From positions 52,779-116,778 of the forward strand of contig JBCCJK010000001.1 in NCBI GenBank assembly GCA_039027815.1: a stretch of 64,000 nucleotides of DNA, written 5' to 3'. Shown here in pieces: positions 45,032 to 56,187 of the stretch. The translations under genes were made by a program, and so were the position numbers. Position 1 is the stretch's first letter; every line of letters begins with the position of its first letter. Source of the stretch: Verrucomicrobiota bacterium. GTDB lineage: Bacteria > Verrucomicrobiota > Verrucomicrobiia > Verrucomicrobiales > JBCCJK01. The notes beneath the pieces were generated by a model that made no database searches, was not told the origin of the DNA, and saw only the letters and a program-made list of their open reading frames with translations.

Positions 45032-45730
45032 CTACACCCCGCGCTTGCTCCCATACAAGCGAACATGCAGTCGGTCAGAAAAGCGGTAGCCATGCTGGAG
45101 ACACAGCTCACTGACCCACTCGGATTTCTCGTCGAGCGCCTCCAGCATCGTGCCTTCTGGCATAAGGAAAATCCGCTCCGCCTCCAAGCCCAACTCACTG
45201 CGGAGTTTCTCCACTTCCGAAAAATCCGCTTCGCTCGCGATGACAAACTTGAAATCCGCCTTCCGGCTTTCCGCGAAGAAACGCAAAGCCCTCTCCCGTT
45301 GCCGAACCTCTTCCCGGTTGCCAGAGTTCGCCAGTTTTGGGGAGACCGCATAGTAGTCAGCCCGCCCTTCGGTGACCTCGCTCGGTCGGATGGTGCCGTT
45401 GGTCTCAAACTCCACCCGGAAATCCCCCCCCAGCAGGGGCCAAAGCTGTCCTAACTCGCTTTGTTGCACGAGAGGCTCTCCTCCGGTGAAAATCAGATTG
45501 CGACATCCGTAAGAACGAATTCGGCTCGCCAAGTCTGCCACGCTCATCTCGTAGCTCTCTTTTTCCTGATCGAACTCTTTCCAATTCCAAGTGTAAGCGG
45601 TGTCACACCAGCTGCAGTGCAAGTTGCAGCCGGAAAGGCGGACGAACACGCTCGGGCGACCGGTATGCCGCCCTTCCCCTTGGAGAGAATGGAAGATTTC
45701 TGGGCCATCGCCGCATCGCGCTAGCTTCAT
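45032..45730 (-). CDS. queE: 7-carboxy-7-deazaguanine synthase (radical SAM)
   Basis: 232 aa. IFHSLQGEGRHTGRPSVFVRLSGCNLHCSWCDT is the QueE cluster motif. The start overlaps the gyrA stop. Confidence 0.85.
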   Translation of the reverse strand: MKLARCGDGPEIFHSLQGEGRHTGRPSVFVRLSGCNLHCSWCDTAYTWNWKEFDQEKESYEMSVADLASRIRSYGCRNLIFTGGEPLVQQSELGQLWPLLGGDFRVEFETNGTIRPSEVTEGRADYYAVSPKLANSGNREEVRQRERALRFFAESRKADFKFVIASEADFSEVEKLRSELGLEAERIFLMPEGTMLEALDEKSEWVSELCLQHGYRFSDRLHVRLYGSKRGV

Positions 45731-48327
45731 TCTTCGGCAGATTCTTCGGGAGCGGCGTCCTTCATCTCGTCGATCTCATCGACGGCCTCATCGGCCACCA
45801 CGGGAGCGATGTCTTGTAGCTTCTCGCCTTCAGAAAGGGTCACCAACTTGACTCCTTGGGCATTGCGACCGGTCTCCCGAATATCCGCCACTCTGATGCG
45901 AATGCTTTGGCCGCCATTGGTCATGAGCATGAGTTCTTCCTCCTGGCCCACGGCGACGGCTCCCACCACCGGGCCCGTTTTGTCGGTGCATTTCATGGTG
46001 ATGATGCCTTTGCCGCCTCGAGATTGCGCCCGGTATTCGCTGAAATCGGTTCGCTTCCCAATGCCATTCTCCGAAGCTACCAAAAGCTTGGACTCCTCTG
46101 AAACCAAGGCCAACCCAATGACACGATCTTCCCCCACTGGTCGAATGCCTTGCACCCCCGCAGTGGCGCGTCCCATCGGTCGGGCCTGCTCCTCGTGAAA
46201 GCGAAGACTGAATCCTCCACTCGTGATCAAAACCACTTCGTTGCTCCCACTAGTCAGTTGCACCCCGATCAATTCATTCCCTTCCTCCAACTTGATGGCG
46301 ATGATCCCGTCTTTGCGGTAGTTTTTGAAGTCATACAGACTGGTCTTTTTGACCTTCCCGCTCCGCGTGGCGAACAAGACGTTCCCGCCGTCTTCGGAAA
46401 AGGTCACGTCTTCCCCTTCCTCGTTGGTGCGATATTCCAAACGTAGAACGGCCGCCACACTCTCTTCCGGCTGCAAGTTCAGGACATTGCGGATACTCCT
46501 TCCCCGCGCGGAGCGAGGCGCCTCCGGGATTTCATAGACCCGCTCCACATAGACCCGCCCCCTATTGGTGAAAAACATGAGGTAGTCATGCGCTTGGGCT
46601 GAGAAAAGACGTTCCACAAAATCCTGCTCCTCGGGATCGTCAGCCTTGCGGGTGGTCATCCCCTTGACCCCCTTGCCTCCCCTGCCCTGGACGCGGTATT
46701 CACTCCCGAGGGTCCGCTTGACGTAACCGCGGTGGCTGAGCGTCACGATGAAGCCATCGTTTGCGATGAGGTCTTCCATCGCGATTTCTCCCTCATCCGG
46801 GAGAATCGGGCAGCGGCGGGGCGTGGCATACTTCTCTTTGATCTCGAGCAACTCCGCTTTGATGATTGCCAGCACCCGGGACTCTTTCGCGAGGATGTCC
46901 AGGTAGTCTTTGATTTCCTCGAGAACCCCGTCGTAGTCCGCTTTGATCTTATCCTGCTCGAGCGCTGTCAGTTGGTAGAGCCGGAGTTCGAGGATGGCAT
47001 TGACCTGACGATCGGTGAAAAGGTAGCGCTCTCCTTGAATGCTGGGTTGGCCGCGGAGAAGCACACCTAGCTGCTCGGCGGTTTCGGAAGAAAAGGTATA
47101 GGCTTTGACCTTCTCGCGGGCTTCATCGCGGTTGCGGGACTCCCGGATGATCCGGATGAAGTCATCGAGGTGGCCCAGCGCCAACAAATAGGCCTCGAGA
47201 TTCTCGGCCCGATCTTCGGCCTTGCCCAGGAGATGGCGAGTCCGGCGGATGATGACTTCGCGGCGGTGATCGATGAAGGCGTCCACCGCATCCATGACCG
47301 AAAGCTGCTTCGGACGGCGCTCATGAATCGCCAGCATATTGACCCCGAAAGAGGTCTCCATGGCAGTCAATTTGAAAAGCTGGTTCACCACCACCTGCGG
47401 GCGGGCGTCCCGTTTGAGGGTGATCTCGATGCGGGTTTCCTCGTCCGAGAGGTCTCGCATACCGGCGATCTCCGTCAGGATCTTCTCTTTCACCAACTCG
47501 GCGATCCGCTGCTGGAGAACCGCGCGGTTCACCCCATGGGGCACTTGGCGGATGGTGATGGTGGCTGCCCCCGAGGTCGACTCCTCCACCTCCATGACAC
47601 CGCGCATTTTCACGCTCCCACGTCCGGTGCGGAAGTAGTGATCGATTCCCTTGTAACCTCGGATTTCACAGGCGGTCGGGAAATCGGGGCCCAGGATGTG
47701 GGTCTTGAGCTCTTCGACCGTGAGGCTGGGATTTTCGATGCGAGCGCACACCCCATCGATGACTTCCCCAAGATTGTGGGAGGGAATATTCGTGGCCATG
47801 CCCACGGCAATGCCCGTGCCCCCATTCACCAGAAGATTGGGGATGGACGCGGGGAGCACGACCGGCTCGACCGAGTGCTCATCGTAGGTGGTCTGCATAT
47901 CGACGGTTTCCTTATCGATATCCGTCATCATGGCCGAACCCAAAGGCGCCATTCTTGCCTCGGTATACCGCATGGCCGCAGGGGCATCCCCTTCCACCGA
48001 GCCGAAATTGCCTTGCCCGTCCACCAAGCGTTCCCGCATGGTCCAGGGTTGCGCCATATTGACCAAGGTGGTGTAGATGGCCGCATCCCCATGGGGATGG
48101 TATTTCCCCATGGTGTCCCCCACGATCCGCGCGCATTTCAGGTGCGCCTTGGACGCCGTGAGCGAGAGGTCATGATGCATCGCATACAGGATGCGACGTT
48201 GTGATGGCTTCAGCCCGTCTCGCGCATCTGGAAGAGCGCGAGAAATGATGACGGACATCGAATAGTCCAAAAAGGACTTCGACATCTCGTCGGCGACGTT
48301 GATGGATTTTACGATCTCCTGTGACAT
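45727..48327 (-). CDS. gyrA: DNA gyrase subunit A
   Basis: 866 aa. Contains the MSVIISRALPDARDGLKPSQRRILY and GKYHPHGD (QRDR) motifs and the catalytic-Tyr region AAMRYTE. Confidence 0.97.
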   Translation of the reverse strand: MSQEIVKSINVADEMSKSFLDYSMSVIISRALPDARDGLKPSQRRILYAMHHDLSLTASKAHLKCARIVGDTMGKYHPHGDAAIYTTLVNMAQPWTMRERLVDGQGNFGSVEGDAPAAMRYTEARMAPLGSAMMTDIDKETVDMQTTYDEHSVEPVVLPASIPNLLVNGGTGIAVGMATNIPSHNLGEVIDGVCARIENPSLTVEELKTHILGPDFPTACEIRGYKGIDHYFRTGRGSVKMRGVMEVEESTSGAATITIRQVPHGVNRAVLQQRIAELVKEKILTEIAGMRDLSDEETRIEITLKRDARPQVVVNQLFKLTAMETSFGVNMLAIHERRPKQLSVMDAVDAFIDHRREVIIRRTRHLLGKAEDRAENLEAYLLALGHLDDFIRIIRESRNRDEAREKVKAYTFSSETAEQLGVLLRGQPSIQGERYLFTDRQVNAILELRLYQLTALEQDKIKADYDGVLEEIKDYLDILAKESRVLAIIKAELLEIKEKYATPRRCPILPDEGEIAMEDLIANDGFIVTLSHRGYVKRTLGSEYRVQGRGGKGVKGMTTRKADDPEEQDFVERLFSAQAHDYLMFFTNRGRVYVERVYEIPEAPRSARGRSIRNVLNLQPEESVAAVLRLEYRTNEEGEDVTFSEDGGNVLFATRSGKVKKTSLYDFKNYRKDGIIAIKLEEGNELIGVQLTSGSNEVVLITSGGFSLRFHEEQARPMGRATAGVQGIRPVGEDRVIGLALVSEESKLLVASENGIGKRTDFSEYRAQSRGGKGIITMKCTDKTGPVVGAVAVGQEEELMLMTNGGQSIRIRVADIRETGRNAQGVKLVTLSEGEKLQDIAPVVADEAVDEIDEMKDAAPEESAEE

Positions 48328-48355
48328 TTCAATCTCCTCTTACTCCCCTCTTTGC

Positions 48356-50944
<2,589 letters not shown>

Positions 50945-51156
50945 TCAATCTCCAACACTCCGTTTCCGATCATTTTCGGCTCGTTTCGCGGGGGTAAAGA
51001 CTGAACGAGAGTGAACGACAGGATCGCCTCTTGGTCAACGAATTGGGGCTTGGAAATTTGGGGTTTTTCCGGTTCCGTGAGCCTTCGTTCTAGGCAAAAG
51101 GGGTAAAAGGCGCAAAAACGTTTGACAATGATGGCCGACCCCACTAAGCCGCGGCT

Positions 51157-51687
51157 GTGCTAGAGAAAATCATCGGCAACAAGCAGGACGACTCGAAAAA
51201 TCCGGACACCTTGCTCCAGACGACTCGTCCCTCCGCACCATCTCCATCCTCCACCTCCAGCTACCGCGCGCCTACCGGCAACTCTGAAACCACTCGTTCC
51301 ACTATGACTGCCACCAAAAACATCCTCTCGAGCGACGTCGAAATCAAAGGTTCGCTCAAGTTTTCCAACGATCTCGTAATCGATGGCGTGATTGAAGGAG
51401 AAATCATCTCCGATGGGAACCTGACGGTGGGCGAAAACGCTGACGTCAAAGGGGAAATCAAGGTCAAGAGCGTGAGCGTTTTCGGCAAGGTCGAAGGCAA
51501 CGTCACTGTGACCGACCGCTGTGAGCTCAAGTCGAACTCCGAATTGAATGGTGACGTCCAGGCTTCGGTCCTCTCGATCGAAGAAGGAGCTGCCTTTACG
51601 GGTCGCTCTACCGTAGGAGCGGCCGCCAAGAAGGCCGCCGCGGCGGCCTCCTCAAGCGCTCCCAAACCGGTCGGTTCCGCGAGCTAA
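51157..51687 (+). CDS. Bactofilin family cytoskeletal protein
   Basis: 176 aa. Bactofilin beta-helix repeats (IKGSLKFSNDLVIDGVIEGEIISDGNLTVGENADVKGEIKVKSVSVFGKVEGNVTV) with disordered termini. The start is uncertain: GTG at 51157 or ATG at 51304. Confidence 0.85.
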   Translation: MLEKIIGNKQDDSKNPDTLLQTTRPSAPSPSSTSSYRAPTGNSETTRSTMTATKNILSSDVEIKGSLKFSNDLVIDGVIEGEIISDGNLTVGENADVKGEIKVKSVSVFGKVEGNVTVTDRCELKSNSELNGDVQASVLSIEEGAAFTGRSTVGAAAKKAAAAASSSAPKPVGSAS

Positions 51688-51712
51688 GCCTTTCAGATCT
51701 AATCTCTTTTCG

Positions 51713-51751
51713 GAAAAGCGCTGGTGGGCTCTCCCCCAGCGCTTTTCCTTT
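51713..51751 (+). terminator. Rho-independent terminator after bactofilin gene
   Basis: GAAAAGCGCTGG-t-GGG-CTCT-CCC-CCAGCGCTTTTC forms a perfect 12-bp plus 3-bp stem, followed by a T-rich tail (TTTTCCTTT). Confidence 0.7.
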
Positions 51752-51833
51752 GTAGGGCCAAGGGTCTTGATTCGTAAAGACTTCCAGCTACCGTCTTTCC
51801 CCCGTTTCTGCCTTCCCAGCCCGCTTTGCCTAC

Positions 51834-52772
51834 ATGGTCCTGAATCAACTCGATCTTCGACAGGAAATCCTCCGTCTTAAAGACGAGCGGAAGGCGGTCT
51901 TGCTGGCTCACAACTACCAGATCGGACCCATCCAAGACTTGGCTGACTACGTGGGAGACTCTCTTGGTCTTTCCTACCGGGCCAAAGAGGCGGATGCCGA
52001 CGTCATCGTCTTCTGTGGGGTCCACTTTATGGCGGAAACCGCCAAAATCGTCAACCCAGCCAAGACGGTGGTCATTCCCGAGGTGGAGGCAGGCTGCTCG
52101 CTCGAGGAATCCTGCCCCGCCCCCGAGTTGGAGGCCTTTCTCCAGGAGCACCAGGACCAGGATTATTACGTCGTCGCCTACATCAATTGCAGCGCCGGAG
52201 TGAAGGCGCTCTCCGACGTCATCGTCACGAGCGGCAACGCGCTCAAAATTGTCCAGAAGATCCCCGAGGAGCGCAATATCCTCTTCGTGCCCGACCAAAA
52301 TCTAGGCGCCTGGGTCATGGAAAAAACCGGTCGGAAAATGACTCTCTGGGAGGGTTCTTGCTATGTGCATGTGGAATTCACCCGTGACAGCATCCAACTA
52401 ATCAAGGACCAGCACCCGGACGCCTCAGTGGTCGCTCATCCCGAATGCACCTACGCCGTCCGGCTTCTCGCAGATGAGGTTTGCAGCACGGAAAAGATGA
52501 TCGACTACTGCCGGGATTCCCCTCAAAAGAATATTATCGTGGTGACCGAGTCCGGCATGCTCCATCGCATCCGCAAGGAGGTTCCGGAGAAGAATCTTAT
52601 CGCCGGCCCCACCGACAATTGCGCCTGCGCCGACTGCCGCTTCATGAAAATGAACACCGTCGAAAAACTCCACGCCTGCCTCGAGGATCTCCGTCCTCAG
52701 GTGGAAATCCCCGAAGAGATTCGAAGGAAGGCCGAGGCCCCCATTCTCCGCATGTTGGAATGGAGCCGCTGA
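51834..52772 (+). CDS. nadA: Quinolinate synthase
   Basis: 312 aa with motifs LLAHNYQ, FCGVHFMAETAKI, YINCSA and HPEC. Confidence 0.92.
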   Translation: MVLNQLDLRQEILRLKDERKAVLLAHNYQIGPIQDLADYVGDSLGLSYRAKEADADVIVFCGVHFMAETAKIVNPAKTVVIPEVEAGCSLEESCPAPELEAFLQEHQDQDYYVVAYINCSAGVKALSDVIVTSGNALKIVQKIPEERNILFVPDQNLGAWVMEKTGRKMTLWEGSCYVHVEFTRDSIQLIKDQHPDASVVAHPECTYAVRLLADEVCSTEKMIDYCRDSPQKNIIVVTESGMLHRIRKEVPEKNLIAGPTDNCACADCRFMKMNTVEKLHACLEDLRPQVEIPEEIRRKAEAPILRMLEWSR

Positions 52773-52943
52773 TAGCAAGCTGGTAGAGAAAAGAATTCTC
52801 AGGCGGGCAAGAAGAAGAGAGGGACAGCGCGTCGATTGCCTGTGTCATCGTCTCTTCGGTAGTGTGCCAGAACCGCCCCCCGGCTGAGCACGTCGATCGA
52901 TTGAACAAACCAAAACCAGCGACTGGATTCCGGCCGATTGGTT

Positions 52944-53900
52944 TTAAGCGACGGCTGCTTCTGGCTTGCTTTCCTTCTTCGCTTCCTTGGCCTCCTCTTC
53001 GATGGCGTCGATCAGATCTTCTTCGGGCTTGAAGTCGCCCGCGTGGTAGGAACTCCGAACGAGAGGGCCAGAGGCCACATGACGGAACCCCTTGTGGAGA
53101 GCGACCTCTTTCAGCTCATCAAATTTCTCCGGCCTGACATACTCGACTACCGGGAGGTGCTTTTGGCTGGGTCGGAGATATTGGCCCATCGTCAAGACAG
53201 TGACCTGATGCGCGAGCAAATCGTCCATTACCTTGAGAATCTCGTCGTCCTTCTCGCCCAGCCCCAGCATGATTCCGCTTTTGGTGGCGACCTTGCCGCC
53301 TGCCATTTCTTTCGCTTTGCGCAGGACGGTCAAGGAACGTTGGTATTTGGCGCGACTGCGCACCAAGGGCGTCAAGCGCTCTACTGTCTCGAGGTTGTGA
53401 TTGAAAATATGGGGGCGGGCTTCCATAACTTTTTCGAGGGCCCAATCCCGGTCATTGAAGTCGGGCACCAGGACTTCAATGATGATTCCCGGATTGACGA
53501 ATCGAACCGCCTCGATGGTTTGGGCAAAGTGTTCCGCCCCTCCGTCTTTGACGTCATCTCGGGCCACAGCTGTGATGACGACGTGTCGCAGACGCATCCG
53601 GCGAGTGGCTTCAGCCACGCGGATCGGCTCGTCTTCTTCCAGAGCCATGGGGCGCGCGGTTTTGACGGCGCAGAAGCCGCAGGCCCGGGTGCAGCGGTCT
53701 CCCGCGATCATGAAGGTCGCAGTGCCTTGGCCCCAGCACTCCCAACGGTTGGGGCACTGGGCTTCTTCGCAGACTGTGTGGAGGCGAAGATCGGACACCA
53801 GTCCCTTGGTCGACCAAAAAACCGGGTTGTTCGGAAGGCGGACTTTGATCCAGTCAGGCTTTTTCTCCTGATGGAGTCCGGGATCAATTCGACAAGACAT
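52944..53900 (-). CDS. lipA: Lipoyl synthase (radical SAM)
   Basis: 318 aa. Both cluster motifs are present (CEEAQCPNRWEC and CTRACGFCAV). Has an acidic/Lys-rich C-terminal tail. Confidence 0.92.
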   Translation of the reverse strand: MSCRIDPGLHQEKKPDWIKVRLPNNPVFWSTKGLVSDLRLHTVCEEAQCPNRWECWGQGTATFMIAGDRCTRACGFCAVKTARPMALEEDEPIRVAEATRRMRLRHVVITAVARDDVKDGGAEHFAQTIEAVRFVNPGIIIEVLVPDFNDRDWALEKVMEARPHIFNHNLETVERLTPLVRSRAKYQRSLTVLRKAKEMAGGKVATKSGIMLGLGEKDDEILKVMDDLLAHQVTVLTMGQYLRPSQKHLPVVEYVRPEKFDELKEVALHKGFRHVASGPLVRSSYHAGDFKPEEDLIDAIEEEAKEAKKESKPEAAVA

Positions 53901-53937
53901 TCAGTGTAAAGGGTAGCCAGAAGTGAGGTGGGTGCAA

Positions 53938-54552
53938 TCATTCTCGCTCCAGGGACCGCCGATTGGCAAAAGCCCGCAAAAGCGTCAAGTCATCGGCCGA
54001 TTCCAAGCCTCCCCCTGCGGGCATGCCCTGCGCCAAACGTGTCACAGTGACGGGCTCCGGCGCGAGCAACTCGAAGAGGTAGTTGGCGGTCGCCTCTCCT
54101 TCTACGTCCGAGCCGGTCGCCAAAATCACCTCGCTCACTCCGCCTTCGCGAATGCGCTCGACCAAGGTTGGAATCCGCAACTCCTCTGGCCCGATGTGAT
54201 CCAGAGGCGAGAGCTTCCCACCCAGGCAATGATAGGAGCCCTTGAAAGCGCCCGTCCGCTCCATGGCAATGACATCCGAAGCCCTTTCCACCACGCAGAG
54301 AGTGCTGCTTTCTTGGGGGCGCTCCGAACAATTGAGGCATTCTTCCCGACCCTGAAAAAACCCGCACCGCGGACAAATCGCAATGACCTCGGCCGCCTCG
54401 GAAAAGGCGCGCGTCATTTCCAAAACATCCGCTCGCTGGCTATCCAAGAGCCACAAGGCCATCCGCTCGGCACTCTTGGGGCCCACCCCCGGAAGATTCC
54501 GAAAGGCCGCGATGACCTGGGACACTTCCCGTGGATACTCGATCCGGGCCAC
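53938..54552 (-). CDS. recR: Recombination protein RecR
   Basis: 204 aa with HhH (LPGVGPKSAERMA), a C4 zinc finger (CPRCGFF...CLNC) and a Toprim domain. Confidence 0.92.
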   Translation of the reverse strand: MARIEYPREVSQVIAAFRNLPGVGPKSAERMALWLLDSQRADVLEMTRAFSEAAEVIAICPRCGFFQGREECLNCSERPQESSTLCVVERASDVIAMERTGAFKGSYHCLGGKLSPLDHIGPEELRIPTLVERIREGGVSEVILATGSDVEGEATANYLFELLAPEPVTVTRLAQGMPAGGGLESADDLTLLRAFANRRSLERE

Positions 54553-54555
54553 GCC

Positions 54556-56178
54556 TCAAGGCTCCATTCTAGGAGCTTCCGCACGGTTGTAGGATTCCAC
54601 CACCCAGCGGCTAAGGGTGCCCTCAGGATCTTCAATGGCCGCGCGATCGATGACAAACTCTTCCCGCCCCGTGTTCTTTTGGATCAACTTGAGGCCGAAC
54701 TGGTAGTCCTTGAACAAGTGTTCCCCCAGCTGCATGGCGCTGAGGTTGTCAGAGAGGGCCTTTTCCGACAACACTTCGACCGCGTCGTCTTGAAAAAGAA
54801 GCTTCACTCCATATTTTTCCTCAAATTTGCGGGCATAGATTTCCATTTCTTCGCGGACTTTGCCAAGGCAGACCTCCGCCCCTTTGCGGCGATACTCCTC
54901 AATCGCTTCGTGCGGATTCTCTACAAACCAACGGTTGATCAAAATCTCGTTCACCGAAGTCCCCGGCAGCTCGAATTTGTAGTCGCGCAAAAGCCGCTCG
55001 CAAACCGTCACCAATCCACGGGCCCCCGTGTTCTCCCCCACGGCGCGCTCCGCGATCAGATGAAGCGCCTCCTCATCGAAGACCGCACTGATTCCGTAAG
55101 CGGAAAACTCTCGTTCGTATTGCCGAATCAAACTCCCTTCGGAAGTCTTCATGATTTCGAACAAATCTCGGGCCTTGAGCGGATCGCAAACCACCCTCAC
55201 TGGCAGTCGGCCGATGAATTCCGCCTCAAAGCCATAATCGATAAAATCCTGAGTGCTGGAATGGCGAAAGACCTCAGAGGCCTCCGGCCCCGTCGAAGTG
55301 CGAGCCCCAAAGCCGATCTCTCCGCTGCGCAAACGCTTGGTCACGATCTCATTGAGACCGGAAAAGGCTCCACTCACGATGAAGAGAATGTGCCGCGTGT
55401 TGATGGTGTCTTTCTTTGACTTGGCGCCGCCGCGCTGCATCTCCATCATGGCCTGCATCTGCGATTGGATGTCCATGGGATTGCGCAAAGCGACCTCGGT
55501 CTCTTCCATGAGCTTGAGCAAGGTGGTCTGCACCCCTCGCCCGCTGACATCACGGGCGCCTTGGCTGGCTTGGGAAGCCAGCTTGTCGACCTCATCAATG
55601 TAGATGATTCCATATTCGGCGAGGTCGACGTCTCCGTTGGCCTTTTTGACCAAATCCCTCACCAGGTCATCGACGTCTGCCCCCACGTAGCCGGTTTCGC
55701 TGAATTTCGTGGCATCGGCTTTCACAAAAGGAACGCCGATCAGCTCGGCGATGTGCTTCACCAAGTAGGTCTTGCCCACCCCGGTCGGCCCCAAGATGAT
55801 GACGTTCTGCTTGTGAAATTCGATCTCCCGGGCCGCTTCAGGGTCCTCCTCCTCCATCTTACGGACGATCTTCGCATGATTGTAGTGATCGCAGACAGCG
55901 ATGCTGAGCGCCTTCTTGGCGTCATCCTGGCGGATGACAAAGCGATCGAGGTGCGCTTTGACATCGCGTGGGCGGAGACTGAAATCAAAAATGTTGTAAC
56001 CCTCTTCTTCTTCGACTGGTGGAGGACTCTTGGCTTCTTTGGTCGCAGAGGATGGCGGTCCTCCAGCAAAGGAAAACACATTGCCCCCAAAGTTGCTCTT
56101 AAGAAACTCCTGCAGCTTGCGGCTCATTTCTTCGGGATCGGGGCGATCGGTTTTTTTATCGTCGTCGGACATCCTCAC
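54556..56178 (-). CDS. ClpX-like AAA+ unfoldase paralog lacking the N-terminal zinc-binding domain
   Basis: 540 aa. Walker A GPTGVGKT, pore loop GYVG, Walker B IIYIDEVDK, IGF-type loop EIGFGA, sensor ARGL. There is no Cys in the first ~95 aa, and a ~110-aa extra C-terminal region is present. Confidence 0.8.
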   Translation of the reverse strand: MRMSDDDKKTDRPDPEEMSRKLQEFLKSNFGGNVFSFAGGPPSSATKEAKSPPPVEEEEGYNIFDFSLRPRDVKAHLDRFVIRQDDAKKALSIAVCDHYNHAKIVRKMEEEDPEAAREIEFHKQNVIILGPTGVGKTYLVKHIAELIGVPFVKADATKFSETGYVGADVDDLVRDLVKKANGDVDLAEYGIIYIDEVDKLASQASQGARDVSGRGVQTTLLKLMEETEVALRNPMDIQSQMQAMMEMQRGGAKSKKDTINTRHILFIVSGAFSGLNEIVTKRLRSGEIGFGARTSTGPEASEVFRHSSTQDFIDYGFEAEFIGRLPVRVVCDPLKARDLFEIMKTSEGSLIRQYEREFSAYGISAVFDEEALHLIAERAVGENTGARGLVTVCERLLRDYKFELPGTSVNEILINRWFVENPHEAIEEYRRKGAEVCLGKVREEMEIYARKFEEKYGVKLLFQDDAVEVLSEKALSDNLSAMQLGEHLFKDYQFGLKLIQKNTGREEFVIDRAAIEDPEGTLSRWVVESYNRAEAPRMEP

Positions 56179-56187
56179 TTCCTCAGG

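Noticed and set aside
51122-51150. Promoter TTGACA-17 nt-TAAGCC just upstream of the bactofilin GTG.
   Set aside because: The -35 is perfect, but the -10 lacks the conserved final T and positions 3-5. It would imply a leaderless GTG start. This is too weak to call, and it leaves the bactofilin start uncertain (51157 vs 51304).
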